A stretch of 64,000 nt of DNA from Chara braunii (lineage: Eukaryota; Plantae; Charophyceae), in the NCBI GenBank assembly GCA_003427395.1, contig BFEA01000016.1, forward strand, positions 3,280,739 to 3,344,738, in the 5' to 3' direction. Positions within the stretch are counted from its first letter, which is position 1; every line of letters starts with the position of its first letter. This document shows positions 25,663 through 38,989 of the stretch, one piece after another. The position numbers and the translations under genes were made by a program. The notes below the pieces were generated by a model that made no database searches, was not told the origin of the DNA, and saw only the letters and a program-made list of their open reading frames with translations.

Positions 25663-25727
<65 letters not shown>
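25663..25727. repeat. Poly(G) tract, 65 nt
   Basis: Uninterrupted G run followed by (GA)n. Confidence 0.9.
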
Positions 25728-25728
<1 letters not shown>

Positions 25729-26180
25729 GGGAGAGAGAGAGAGAGAGAGAGAGATCAGGGCAGTGCTTGAAAAGTGATATGCCGAGGATGATCTATGGCC
25801 ACTCGAAGTCATCAAAACACAATTTGTACGGATTAAATCTCACTCAGTGTCCACTGTGCACATGTGGGTTACACCTAGGTATCACCCTTCTGCCTTCGCT
25901 GCTTAGGTAGTGCAGCGTTTGTCTCATTCTCACAGCATTTGTGCATCGAAGATCAGTGACCAGTGCTGAGCATATGTGTTGTGTAACCATGGTTGGGTGA
26001 AAGTCTCTTTCGTTCCCTTTCCCACTTTGCCCTTCGCTCCTCTCTCCCCCCTCCCCTCTCCTTCTGGCCCCCCTCGTTGTCCCCTTGATTCTTGTCTTCC
26101 ACTGCCGTCCTCCCCTCCCCTCCTTTTCTTTTTTCTGTTTTTTTGCCATAAAAAAATGGACCATTTTTCAATTTGGACCG

Positions 26181-26211
<31 letters not shown>

Positions 26212-27000
26212 ATGGATGTCCTGAAGGACCATCCCCTCCCCTCCTGTTCCTTTGTCTTCCGTTTGATTCCTGTCCTCCGCTGCCCTCCTTCCCTCCCCTT
26301 CAATCCCTCCCTTTCCCTGCCCGTCCCTGCCCTTCCCCTCCACTTCCTTTCCCTTTTGTTCACTTCCTCCACGTCACTTCACAAGTTCACATTCTTCCCT
26401 TCTCTTCCCCCTTGTCCTTTTCACTTTGGCGCAACTGGCGCTGTCATTCTTGCCCGCTCTTCATGATGACCCCAGGGTGAGTAAGCGGAATGATCTTGCC
26501 TCTCTTCTTTTTCTTCCTTGTCGTTTGTTTCCCTTCTTGGTTTCGCTCTGCTCTCCTCCCTCTGGTCGTCCTTTTCGTCCTTTCTCTTTCTCAGCTTCCC
26601 TTCCTTCCTTGTTCCCTTCTCCTTCTTATTCTCTCCCTACCCTCATCATTCCCGTCTCGTTGTTTTCCCTTTTGGGTCTTGTCACATGTGTTGAGTTGTC
26701 TCTCCATGCTTTTCCTCCTCTCACCTTCCGTTTCTCCCTCGGCCTGTTCACTCTCATGCGACACGCCCTAGGGCGTGGCGAGGCGTGGGTCGTGTTTGTT
26801 CTCTCGCGCCCTGTTCGTCACATTCGATTTGAAAATTCCCGTCTGCGCAAACACGCAGCACTTTCGCGCCTTGCTGCGCTAACCGTAGCCGCAATGACTT
26901 GCTGTTTCTGGTCACCTGTAGCCTCTCTCTGTCGAGGCTGTACCATACGTAGGACAGATTCGTAATTTTTTTTGGCTGAGGGCTAACCGAGAGACCTACC

Positions 27001-28075
27001 TGTCAGGGAAATTCGTGAGGGACATATCTGCAAATTCCGGAAAATACAGGCCCAGGACTAATTGAATTTCCTACTGCTACCCTAGCTGCGAATAGCAGGC
27101 CCGGCCTACCACTAGGACAGACAGGCCCTAAGGGCCTAAGCTGATAGACGGTTCTATAGCCTATAGCCGGGTAGGGAGAGGCCCTAGAGGCCGAAACAGA
27201 AATGGTACCAGTTGGTCAGTCAGTCCGGTCTAGGTCGAGTCTAGGCTAGTGTAGAACTACAGATAGTTTGGGTTCAGGGCTTTTGGCAGTTGGTACCGAG
27301 TACATCGCTGCTGCGCTACGCTTGAACCGGAAGTGGTGACGGCTCAGCGTGGAAGGAGACAGACATAGCCAGACCTTCAGAGCGCCGGCCGTAGCTGGGG
27401 CCTGCGCTGTACTTTGCCAGCACGCAGGGCTGTCAGAGGTCTGGGTTATCGAGGTCTGCTGGAGGCGGGAGAAGTTGGTGCCCTGCTGGACCCTCCTCCG
27501 GAGTGGGGTCACAGGGTTGTGGCGCTGCAGCCATAGCTGCAGCTTCCTCCTCAGAGGACATCTTGTCAGGATTTGGTGGCGCTGCTGCAGACTTCCACCC
27601 GGGAAGTCTTTCGACACTTCGTCAGATACTGTGGCGCTGGTCTTCTTCTTCATCCTCTGAGTGGCGCTTGGCCTCAGAGGCCTGTTTCAGGGTGGTGCTG
27701 CCCTCTGGAGGCAGTAATTGNGTGGCGCTGGTCTTCTTCTTCATCCTCTGAGTGGCGCTTGGCCTCAGAGGCCTGTTTCAGGGTGGTGCTGCCCTCTGGA
27801 GGCAGTAATTGGGTGGTGCTTGATGTTTCAGGGGCTCAGGGGTGTCACGAGTGCTTACTCAGGGTTGGGGAGTGAAGCGCTGCTCATTTCTGAGCAGCGC
27901 ACTGTAGGTCTGAAGCTATTCTGACAATTTGAGACTCTGAGTTTAATAAACAGTGTAATACTGGGTTTGGACTATCATCGTTTCATTGTTTCTTGGATGT
28001 GATCTACTCGGCTTTCCTTTATGACTGGTTGTGAGGATTGAGTGGAGTGAATTGCACTTTCAGTGTACCCTGTCA
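27001..28075. mobile_element. Probable solo LTR with an internal 90-bp tandem duplication
   Basis: Termini TGTCAGGG...CCCTGTCA; flanks TACC/TATC (imperfect 4-bp TSD); AATAAA near 27945; duplicate units at ~27631-27720 and ~27721-27810. Confidence 0.55.
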
Positions 28076-28531
28076 TATCGCATGGTCAAGTCTTCCGCTG
28101 TGTTTATCTCTCCCTGTGCGGTGTGATGCTCCTATCCTCTCCCCTTCCTTCTGTGTATGTATGGGCTTACCTGGGAGTTCATGTGAGCGAGTGTTGGTCT
28201 TCAGACAGCAGACAACCAGAATCATAATGTAGCGGTGCGGTCGCCTCATTCCGAGATCAAGTGTCTTGATTTGAGCGCCGTCCCTCGTCCCTCCTTTTGA
28301 TTCCCCTGCACGGGTATTTTTCATCCCTTCATCCCCCTTAATTTCCTGTCCTCTTCCATTTTATTCTGTTGGATCTGTACCACTTTGTTCCCTTCTCTTT
28401 GGGTTCCCTTCTGTTCCCCTCCCTTCTCTGACCTTCTAAAAAGTGCATACTCCTTTTGTGGAACCCTTCTCTCAAAAGTTGAAAGCACGCTCAATTGAGT
28501 GGTTTAATCTCCCCATGGCTATTCTCTGCAG

Positions 28532-28646
28532 GATTTTGGGGCGGCCCTTTATGAAGGAGTTGCTGGATTGGTCTCCAACCCAATTGCAGGCGTTGAGCAA
28601 GATGGTGTTGTGGGTTGCCTGAAGGGATGTGGGAAGGGGATGGCAG
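28532..28646 (+). CDS. VPS13: VPS13-family exon (glycine-rich ATG2_C-like region)
   Basis: ctgcag|...gcag|gtgagt; DFGAALYEGVAGLVSNPIAGVEQDGVVGCLKGCGKGMA matches the GVxGLVxxPxxGxxxxGxxGxxKGxGKG pattern. Confidence 0.88.
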
Positions 28647-29213
28647 GTGAGTGTACTGAAATGTGAACATTGGAATTGATCTAAGGAAATATCTCAACTC
28701 TTTAAGAAGAAATGAGATTGATGATTATCTACTCCAGGGCCTGCTGGAGTCCATTATCTTTTTAGTCCATCATATCTGCTTGAACCCCCACTGCTGATGA
28801 CCCTCGCAGTATGTCCCAGTATTATACCTGGTGGCTGTGGATACTGTTGGTAAATGGCTTGGTTTCGGGGTAACTAGCAAACCCCCACGGAATGGTTGGG
28901 CTCTGCAAGTGGTTGTGAACCTTCACAGAATCTGTACAGTTTCCCTCATACTCAAACCTACCGAGGCCGATCCCCTTCTGAGTGATTTTGTCAAGTTAAG
29001 CCTCGTAAGTAAAGGAAGTGACTGTATACCTGTGCGGGATTTGCAGCCTCCCACATACACAGTGATCAGATGTGTCTCTTTGAACCATACCTGTGGTGCA
29101 GTGCTGCGGTGTGGTGCGCGGATCAACAATGAACACGCACCGCACACATCAGTAGCATATGCGCTTAGCTCCGTTTGGTGCGATTCCTGGTGTGCCACTT
29201 TTTCACCGATATA

Positions 29214-29281
<68 letters not shown>

Positions 29282-29739
29282 TGGATGTGTGGNNNNNNNN
29301 NNNNNNNNNNNNNNNNNNNNNNNNNNNNNNNNNNNNNNNNNNNNNNNNNNNNNNNNNNNNNNNNNNNNNNNNNNNNNNNNNNNNNNNNNNNNNNNNNNNN
29401 NNNNNNNNNNNNNNNNNNNNNNNNNNNNNNNNNNNNNNNNNNNNNNNNNNNNNNNNNNNNNNNNNNNNNNNNNNNNNNNNNNNNNNNNNNNNNNNNNNNN
29501 NNNNNNNNNNNNNNNNNNNNNNNNNNNNNNNNNNNNNNNNNNNNNNNNNNNNNNNNNNNNNNNNNNNNNNNNNNNNNNNNNNNNNNNNNNNNNNNNNNNN
29601 NNNNNNNNNNNNNNNNNNNNNNNNNNNNNNNNNNNNNNNNNNNNNNNNNNNNNNNNNNNNNNNNNNNNNNNNNNNNNNNNNNNNNNNNNNNNNNNNNNNN
29701 NNNNNNNNNNGCACACAGGGAGACTATCACTTTGTGAAC

Positions 29740-29825
<86 letters not shown>

Positions 29826-30114
29826 GTACCTGGCAGTCGCAACGTGCAACCAGCTTCACCCCATCATGACTGTATTGGGCCTTAAAGTCAGTTGTGTACA
29901 TCCGTGCAAGTGCAACCTCAATGAAGTCCTCACGAACTGGGGCGCGTTCTATTGATGAATGTACACAAGCGACCTTTCGTGTCCAATACAGACATGATAA
30001 GGGTGCAAGGAGTTATTTATGGACGTTGTTGCGGTCAGATGCATCCGGGTACGGCTATAAATCCTGTCAGTCAGTGTCAAATACATCGGAGATAGAGCCC
30101 ATGTGAATACACCC

Positions 30115-30145
30115 TTATGCATGTCATCCTTGCGCATGGGCCGTG
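30115..30145 (-). pseudogene. U6: Short U6 snRNA fragment
   Basis: Minus strand CACGGCCCATGCGCAAGGATGACATGCATAA, 28/31 identical to the U6 ISL/3' region at 11333-11363. Confidence 0.7.
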
Positions 30146-31033
30146 TGCTGTGTCTCATTCCACAAGGATGTCGAGCACAGCGCACAACCTGCTGCACTGA
30201 ATGTCGTGCGCCCTCATTATGGTTGTATCCACCCGAAAGGACAGCAATCATCTGAGCAATCCAATAGATAACTGATAGTTATCGTTGCAATGAACACAAC
30301 GCCCGTCATTTACCCTGGATGCAACCCCAAACACAGCGTGTATACATTCCACACACACACACACACACGCAGGCACCAAAGGACAAAGGGACAAAGCTTA
30401 TGGCTGACTGTACAGTGTATACCGACCTGCTGAGGCCGCACAAAAACTTGCGCAGCTGTTTTGTGATTCTCCTCTGGTGGGAGGCTGGGCCCTTTTGGGG
30501 CCCTTGACATTTTTTTTGGGGGGGGGACCATTATTTCCGCTTGTGTGGCGCATGGAGTGTGCGCTGTATGCCGCACGAGCGCAATGCAGCACACCTCCAT
30601 GCGCCGCAGCCATGCTTTGAACCCGCCCTACATTCTGCACCTTAGTCGCATGAGTAAGTGATTTTACAAATTTTGCTTGATTCCATGAGTGAGCAACCCA
30701 ACCCACGTCCCATACACAAAGTGGTTCTGTGCCTTAGTGTATCTACACCTTCACGAAATTCATGTCTCTTCCTTCATACACAAAGTTCCAAAGACTATCA
30801 TGGCTGTGGCATGGCAATCCTGGTGCTCAAAACTGCAGTAGGTTTGCTGGTGAAAGCTCAACAGGGGTTGCGAGATGGATGCTTCCTGGGCCCTAGGGGA
30901 GTAGGAGGGAGGGAGGGGAAAGGGGAGTATGAGAAGGTGGGGGAGAGTGGAGGGGGGCATTAAGAGACCCTAAGCATGCATTTGGATGGTTAAGGGCTGA
31001 AATGGTATATTGATTAGACAAACGTCTTTGCAG

Positions 31034-31191
31034 GGCTTGTAGGTAAGACGGCACCAGAGATGTTTGAGTTTGTGCCAAAGACAGCAAGTGGTCAGTCGAG
31101 CAGCATGCGTCACGATGGAGCAGACATGTCACGACCACCACGCTCACGCTGTCGCCCCCCACGGTATTTTGGCAGGGAAGAAGCTGCTCAG
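31034..31191 (+). CDS. VPS13: VPS13-family exon
   Basis: ttgcag|...cag|gtaagg; phase-1 join with the previous exon; GLVGKTAPEMFEFVPKTASG...RCRPPRYFG (VPS13 RxRxPR motif). Confidence 0.8.
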
Positions 31192-32043
31192 GTAAGGTCC
31201 GGCTGTTATTCTTCCCTTGTGAAGTTCTCTTTCTTCTTGTGCATATAGATGTGACTGTACTACTATCAACTGGAGTATGTCCTCCTAACAAAGATAAGCA
31301 TATCCACACACTTGCAAAAGATACTCACAAGCTATGTGGTGGTAAAGTAGAACTTAGCCGAAGCAATGGCATGGACTCAGCATCTCATCACAATGCCACA
31401 AGAATTTGCTCGTTCTTTGTGCCTGGCACTTGCCTCTCACCCTGCTGTGAGGTACATTCATCGGCCACCAGAAAACCGTTGAAGGCTCACCCCTTTCTTC
31501 GCATAAACAATATAGCAGTAAAACTCGTAATCTACAAATGATGTAGGCTTTTCATATTGTGGCAGATGCACCATTGCTAGCTCCAGTCATGCCGACTGCA
31601 CCACCCTTGTGCGCACGATAGAGGAGGGTTTGCGTCTACATCTTGTTTGGAATAATTGGATTTCCCAAGGCTTCAGGGTTACTCCTCTGCGATCTTTAGA
31701 GTGATTTGCGGGTGGGTGTTGTACAGGCTGGTGTGTGAGTTGGTTGGATGCTGTTCTGGTTGGCCAATCACCTGGTCAATTGTTTGGTTAATTGTTTGGT
31801 CAACAGTTGTATGGTCCATTGGTTTATCCAAACTGTGGTCCACTGCTCGATCTGTTGCTTGATCCGTTGCCAGGTCCATTATGTCAGAAAGGGTAAGTTA
31901 AAGGATTTGATATAGATTGGATGGTGCGTAGGTGGTCTGGTAGGTGGGGCCAGTTTCCAAGAGATAATTCAAAGGTTGCAAGTACACGGGCACTTGTTAG
32001 TCATCATATGCTTACTTCATAGTGTCAAGGTCTCTCCTTTATT

Positions 32044-35000
32044 GATCTCTACACCTCCAAAACCCCTATAGGTGGTAACAACTTAACAAACAGAGCAAGA
32101 GAGAAATTCTTAACCCATCCAGATCAATCCATATGATCAGAAACCGCCAAAATACTAGATGATCCCATATCTTTAGAAGAACTACATCAGGCCCCGAGTG
32201 ACCTCAAACCCAACAAAGCTCCAGGAAGGGACAGCCTCTCTAAGGAATTCTGGATGGCAGGCTGGCACACCCTAGGCCCACTGCTCCTCAGTTTCCTCAC
32301 AAGAGCGTGGGAGGAAGAAACACTAGGCCCAGCCCTGAGTACAGGGGAGACAGAGAGGATGTTAAAAACTACAGACCCATCTCATTACTAAAAGTATCCT
32401 ACAAGATCCTAGCCAAACTTCTAGCCNNNNNNNNNNNNNNNNNNNNNNNNNNNNNNNNNNNNNNNNNNNNNNNNNNNNNNNNNNNNNNNNNNNNNNNNNN
32501 NNNNNNNNNNNNNNNNNNNNNNNNNNNNNNNNNNNNNNNNNNNNNNNNNNNNNNNNNNNNNNNNNNNNNNNNNNNNNNNNNNNNNNNNNNNNNNNNNNNN
32601 NNNNNNNNNNNNNNNNNNNNNNNNNNNNNNNNNNNNNNNNNNNNNNNNNNNNNNNNNNNNNNNNNNNNNNNNNNNNNNNNNNNNNNNNNNNNNNNNNNNN
32701 NNNNNNNNNNNNNNNNNNNNNNNNNNNNNNNNNNNNNNNNNNNNNNNNNNNNNNNNNNNNNNNNNNACGCGAAGCAACAAGAATAATTAACCAAAAACGG
32801 ATCGCTGTTGCCATCTTCTTCTTCGACTTTGAAAAAGCATATGACCAAGTTAATTGGGACTTTCTTCAGGCCAGCATGGAAAGAATGGGAGTAGGACCCG
32901 TTTATCGAAAATGGGCGAGAATACTCTACAATGACGCACAAGGGATAGTCCAAGTCAGTGGCTTCCTCTCGAACCCCTACCCAATGTCAAGGTCAGTAAC
33001 GCAAGGGGACCCACTAGCAGCACCGATTTTCCTTTTCGTCATGTTCTAAGAAAGGATGGATCCATCGAGAGGCTAGAAAACATCAAGGATGAACGTGGTC
33101 AATGCCTTCATCTCCCCACTACCCTCCTCTTCGCAGATGACCTCATAGTTCTGATCAGAGATTCAAACTACTCCTTCCAAGCCCTAATAAGAGCAATGCA
33201 AGCTTTCCAACTGGCCTCATAAATGAAAGTCAACCGGACCAAAACAATAGGGTGGTGGACCGCAGAAGCACCGCCTCCCATGGAGTTTTCCCCATCGGGT
33301 CTACATTGGACAGATCCAGAATCACCAATCTGCTTCCTGGGCATCAATATTAATCTCAAATGATGCCACCAAATATCGGCAGCGACGCTCCTATCTTCCA
33401 TGATTAATAGGATGCATACCTCGAAAGCCACACACACTTCCCTTCTAGGCAGGGTACTAGCTCTCAATAACTCTATCTTAGCAATGATGTGGTATTCCAC
33501 AACCATATGGTTCCCAGCTACTGACTTTCACAGTCAGTTGAAGTGAAAAACAACAGCTTTCCTATGGACAGGTAATCCAGACAAGCAACACGTTATCCAC
33601 AAGGTGGCCTGGCAGATAGTCACCAGCCCTAAGAGTAAAGGAGGCTTTGGTCTTATAGATCCAGCCCGCCAAATACAAACCTTACAAATCAAATGGATTA
33701 TAAGACTAGCCCTTCAAGACAACCTACAGTGGACCCCCCTAGCCCTAAATCATATCAGAGAACTTGCACCATCTACTTCCCCAAACAACATGACAGACCT
33801 ATTTTGGATATTCAGCAAATACTGGCCACTACCTAGAAGGAATCAGAGACTACCCGACCAAACACTCCATCTGAACACTAAAGACACCCCCCAGACTAAA
33901 TCCCTCTGGCAGCGAATTCTACATATTTGGAGAATCATCTTCCCAGAAAACAACATAGGCCCAAAGAAAAAAGACAAAGTCCTTAGACAACCCCTCTTTA
34001 GCAACCCACTAATCAAGAATGATAAAGGGGAAAGCCTCCCACTCCTGAAATCAGATCCCAAATGGGGACACTGGCTAGAAAAGGGAATATGGCAAATCAA
34101 ACACATCTGGGATGACCAAAACGAAGTCTGGAAAGCAGAAAGAAACCTACAAAACAAACTAAAGGGCGTACATCACTTACAAGCTAACCTAGACCACATT
34201 GTAGACTGCATCCCTTTACACTGGCGATCCCTACTAAAATCGGATCAGAAATGGCAATATGGGGATTGGGCCACCACCACGTAACACCCAACCAATCCAA
34301 GAAGTTCTATCATTCAGGAACTACGAACCCCGCAACAACAGATGGATATGCTGCGACATACACACCCTAGAAGAACCAGGAAACCCGGTAAGCCTCATCA
34401 ATATAAAGAGCAGAGCAGGAGCATTCAAAAGCAACAACCTGAGGAGAATCAAAATCTTAAAAGGAGAAAGGAAAAGAGTCTACGAACCCCATACCAGCGT
34501 GTTTGACCTAGAGGTAGACCCCACTGAATGGACATGGAACTCCCCATCTGGATCCTCCCTCACCTCCAACTCTTACAAGCTAACTGACTACACACGCAAA
34601 CTGGATTACCGACTCTTCGCCAAACCCATATCAATATCCAATACAGTACGCAACAGGTGGACAAAAGAGGAACCGCAACTAGCCAACTCCGACTTCAAAC
34701 TACCCTGGGCAACAATCTTCTCCACAAGACCGGTTAAACTTGCCAGCCTGAGATGGTTAATAGCCTTCAGAGCTGTCCCAGTAAATCAATGGTTAGCCAA
34801 TCGACGCAATCAAGGTAACAGATTGGAACAAGACTCCTGGTGCAAAGTATGCAATCTCGAAGCCCCTGAATCCTTGAACCACTGTTTCATTGATTGCCCA
34901 AAGGCCAGATCCCTCTGGCAAGCCCTAGAAGCATCGTGGCACAAAATTTCAAACTCCCCCTTACTAATCAACCCGGCCACACTATTCCTCAACCTCAAAC

Positions 35001-36274
35001 AAACACCCCCACTAAAAAGCTTTGAAACCTTCCTCTCCTCCCAAATCATAAAAAGCACCCTATGGGCCATATGGAAAAACAGATGCAATATCACCTTCGA
35101 AGACTGACTCACTACCACAGAAAACCCACTCATCATTATCAGACAACTAATAGACACAGAAATCCACGCCCTCTGGAAACAACAACTAAAACAGCTCCCA
35201 TCCGATCCCGACAAAAAGAACCTAGCAATCCAAAAATTATGGACATCCAAAGTTCCAAACTAGGTAATGGACTACTCGGCACCATCGTAAACGACAGACT
35301 AACCCTCAAAACCTGGCTAACCATAACACAAATATAAAGCATCCCTACAACCCTCCTACCCCACACAAACCCATCCCCTTACCCACCACCCACAACCAAT
35401 CCACTATTGAAACACCAAAAACTCCGCTTCCCCCATCAATCCCGCCAACCCCCTCCACCATCCCCCCAACCCCAAGCACCCGATACCATACCACCTCAGC
35501 CTCCTATCACCCCTACCCTCCCCTTCCCTCTGCACTCCTCCTACACATCCGCCCTGCAGTACCCTACACACTACAGCAGCTGAAAATCACCCAACTCAAC
35601 TACCCCCTAGGCCTCAACTCTGGCCCCTTCGAGAATACCCCCACTGAATCCAAACAACCCCCTGCCAAGCGACACCAACCCCATCAACCACACAATATCA
35701 TGATATACACAGCCGAGGGCTTAGGGTTTAGGGTTTAGACAGAAAGAAGATAAGCAGAACTAAAAGCGATAGAGATTCCAGGACGACCACATAGGTACCA
35801 GACACCTTTAGTCTATTACATCAGCTCAACAACAGCTCAGCAGAGAGGAACAGGATGGTGGCCAGACAGTCAGACAGCATCCAGAAAAATAAGTAGCAAA
35901 GGCTAAATTAGGCAGGGGTGAGGGGTGGTACATCCTTCCTCAGGGAAGTAATCAATGTCATCCACTCAGGCCTCCCAGCCATAATGGGGAGGAGCGTGCG
36001 TGAAGCGCTCATGTATTCCAAATTGACTTGCCGGGGGAATAGGAACCGGACCATCGCTCCCCAGAATGGAGGAGCGTGAGAGTGTTCTCAATGTATTTTC
36101 TTTTGACTTGCCGGTGGAATAGGAACCAGACTGACGCTCCCCAGAATGGAAAAGGAGCCAGAACCATAAGGTTCTGTTTTGAAGAAAAAAAAAGGAACCG
36201 GACTGTCGCTCCCCAGTCTGGTAGGAGCCAGAGCCCAGAGGTTCTGTCTTAAATTAATAAAAAAAAAGAGAACA
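32044..36274 (+). mobile_element. 5'-truncated L1-clade LINE, same family as 14891-25489
   Basis: 10-bp TSD CTCCTTTATT at 32034-32043 and 36275-36284; RT fragments (NYRPISLL, DFEKAYD, QGDPLA, FADD), CKVC...HCFIDC; shared 3' terminal module and A tail. Confidence 0.88.
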
Positions 36275-36483
36275 CTCCTTTATTTGCCGGCTGATGTATT
36301 GGTATGTCGACGTGTCCACTATGCTTCTTTTTTTTTGTGTATCATTCTGATCTTTTCTGGATCCAAGCTCGTGATCTGATTACCATTCCGCCACATAGGC
36401 TGGCTTGTATTCACCATTCTTGATTTAACACTTCTTTATTGGTTTGTTGGTGCTTTCACCAGTTCAACTGTGGTGATGTTTTC

Positions 36484-36975
36484 TTGGTGTGTTGGTGTTG
36501 GTGTTGGTGTGTTGGTGCATTGGTGTGTTGGTGCGTTGGTGCATTGGTGTGTTGGTGTGTTGGTGCATTGGTGTGTTGGTGCATTGGTGTGTTGGTGTGC
36601 TGGTGTGTGTGTGTGTGTGTGTGCGTAGGTGTGTCAATGTGTTGTTGTGTTGGTGTGCTGGTGTGTTGGTGTGTTGGTGTGTTGGTGTGTTAGTGTTGGT
36701 GTGCTGGTGTGTTGGTGTGGTGTGTTGGTGTGTTAGTGTGCTGGCTTATAGGTTGGTTACCTTGTAAGGCTGTGACATGTGGGTGTTGTGGGTGTTGTGG
36801 GTGTTGTGGGTGTTGTGGGTGTTGTGGGTGTTGTGGGTGTTGTGGGTGTTGTTGGTTGTGTGCATGTGTGCATGTGTGCATGTGTGCATGCGTGGATGCA
36901 TGGATGTGTGCATGTGTGCATGTGTGGATGCGTGGATGCATGGATGTGTGGATGTGTGGATGTGTGGATGTGCTG
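36484..36975. repeat. Compound GT-rich micro/minisatellite
   Basis: (TGTTGGTG)n, (TGTTGTGGG)n, (TGTGCATG)n and (TGTGGATG)n blocks. Confidence 0.9.
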
Positions 36976-37073
36976 GTAGTTGTCAAGCGTTTGGTTGATT
37001 GGTTATGACTTCATGAGTAATTGATTAATCGACAAGGACTGTTTTTTTTTTTTTGACTCCTGTCCCTGAGCAG

Positions 37074-37260
37074 GTGCAACCACGTGATTTCTCTGTGCTC
37101 CGGAGCATGCTGGATCTCCTTGACCATGGAAGGTATAGGGATGAGACAGTTGTTGACTACATCCAAACAAAGAAAAGCAAAGCAGTCATTTTCACAGATG
37201 TGCGGATCATATACTTTCACATTCTGAACCGTTGTCTGCGATGGCATGTCAAGTTTGGAG
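37074..37260 (+). CDS. VPS13: VPS13-family exon (start of the C-terminal PH-like domain)
   Basis: cag|...gag|gtaagt; VQPRDFSVLRSMLDLLDHGRYRDETVVDYIQTKKSKAVIFTDVRIIYFHILNRCLRWHVKFG; phases compatible with both neighbouring exons. Confidence 0.8.
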
Positions 37261-37412
37261 GTAAGTCCAACATGCCATGTGATTCCCTTTCCTCCTTTTT
37301 TTGTTCAGAGCAAAACGGATTCGCTGTCTTATTTTCTGCAAGCATTTGCTGATGAGCTATCAGTAGCCTGCCTACAATTGAGCTATGACCTCATACGTGA
37401 CAGAGGGGAAAC

Positions 37413-37550
37413 GAGCTTAGCTCAGTTGGTACACCAATGAAACTGTTGAAATACAGACCTGAGTTCGAACGCAGATGGCACTAGATGAATGATATTACCT
37501 GATTCTAAATTATCTGGCATCGCTCAGCTCGACAATGATATCGCAAGGCC
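37413..37550 (+). mobile_element. tRNA-derived SINE copy, 3' end lost
   Basis: GAGCTTAGCTCAGTTGG (A box), GAGTTCGAAC (B box), GCTCAGCTC...GATATCGCAAGGCCG shared with 11014-11285. Confidence 0.7.
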
Positions 37551-38670
37551 GAGGGCCTGCCCCACAGGTGGCACAAGATGGCACAAGACCTCTTGACCAA
37601 TCAGGTCAGTAGAATGTGGAGATGGGGCAACACATTCACCTCATTATTGGGTCGGGCTTTGACTATCAACTTATCAAGACGTCAATATTTTCGATGATGT
37701 GGTACATAGCCTCGATCCGGACCATACCAGACCATACCATTATGGAGCTAATCCAAAAAGCCAGAGCCTATCATCCAGGTCACATAAAACCGCCTTGTCC
37801 GCGTGGTGCCACCAAGTCCATGTAGTATGAGTTGCCGAACATAGTACCACCCAACCTTGTGACACCGAATTGTGCCTGATGTTGGCCGTGTGTCTTTTCT
37901 TTCCGTGGCCGTGTCTGTCTTTTTCTTTTTGTTTGAGAGTGTGTGTTAGTATCAGTACACATAGTATTGCTTTCCCCACATGGTGGCGCACAGTCCAATG
38001 GTACCATCTGTGTGTGTAAATACCATCCTCTCCGCATGGTATGACCTGCCCTGCAAGATGCCACCCAGTCCATGTGATACTGCCCAGTCCGCATAGTCAC
38101 CCACACCGGATGATACCGTCCAACCCAAGGCCACATGTTTTTTTTTGGGTGGCGTGGTCGGGAGGAGGAGCAGATGTCCACCACAGGCATAGCCGCGGCA
38201 GGCATCCGCTTGTTAGGAGTAATCTATGTTGTTCAGGGGTCCGTTGGCCTTCATGAAAGGAAGCACGGGTGTGTCATTGTGTGTAGTTCCTATGACTTTC
38301 TGGTAGATGAGGAACCGAACTGGTGCTTCACAGAATGGATACGGAGCCAGGAAGGACCTTTTTCGGAAGAGAGTCAGATTCAAGAGACGAAAAAGAAAAA
38401 GAGTTCAACAAGTGTAAGGAAATTTCATGCCCGCTTGGTCCAAACATGGCCCCCATTCACTCTGGCTGCAAGGATCAGCAGATTCAGCACCTCGAAGAAT
38501 ATTATGTTCCAGGAGAACATGTTTGAGGAACACACTGGATGTCAACAGGATATCATGGTAACAGGTTTGCATCTCGAATGAGATTGCCCCTGAGAGAACT
38601 GTACTACAGGTCTTGGTGATGCATGTCTGTTGCAAGTTTGCCTGCTTTGCCCTGCTGTTCCCCCTTGTCC

Positions 38671-38860
38671 CTCTCCTCCTCCTCCTCCTCGCTCTTCTTC
38701 TTCTTCTTCTTCTTCTTCTTCTTCTTCTTCCTCCTCCTCCTCCTCCTCCTCCTCCTCTTCCTTCTTCGTCTTCTTCGTCTTCTTCGTCTTCTTCGTCTTC
38801 TTCTCCTTCTTCTTCTCCTTCTCCTTCTTCTTCTCCTTCTCCTTCTTCTTCTCCTTCTTC
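38671..38860. repeat. (CCT/CTT)n compound trinucleotide microsatellite
   Basis: Direct inspection; similar tracts at 43383-43597 and 44187-44320. Confidence 0.9.
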
Positions 38861-38989
38861 GTTGTTGGTGGAAGATGTGGAAATTAAAACTTGTTATCCA
38901 AACTCTGAAGATTCTGAGCTTGTTTTTGTGAAGCAAATGGATTCCTAAAAGTCGAAAGTTATTTAAACTTGTTTTGTGAAACACAACAG

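Noticed and set aside
30842-30900. Alternative VPS13 exon GLLVKAQQG
   Set aside because: Weak acceptor, no donor, runs into a G-rich tract; 31034-31191 fits better
37349-37370. CTGATGA followed by the hairpin GCTA-TCAG-TAGC
   Set aside because: The GAAA half of the hammerhead core is missing
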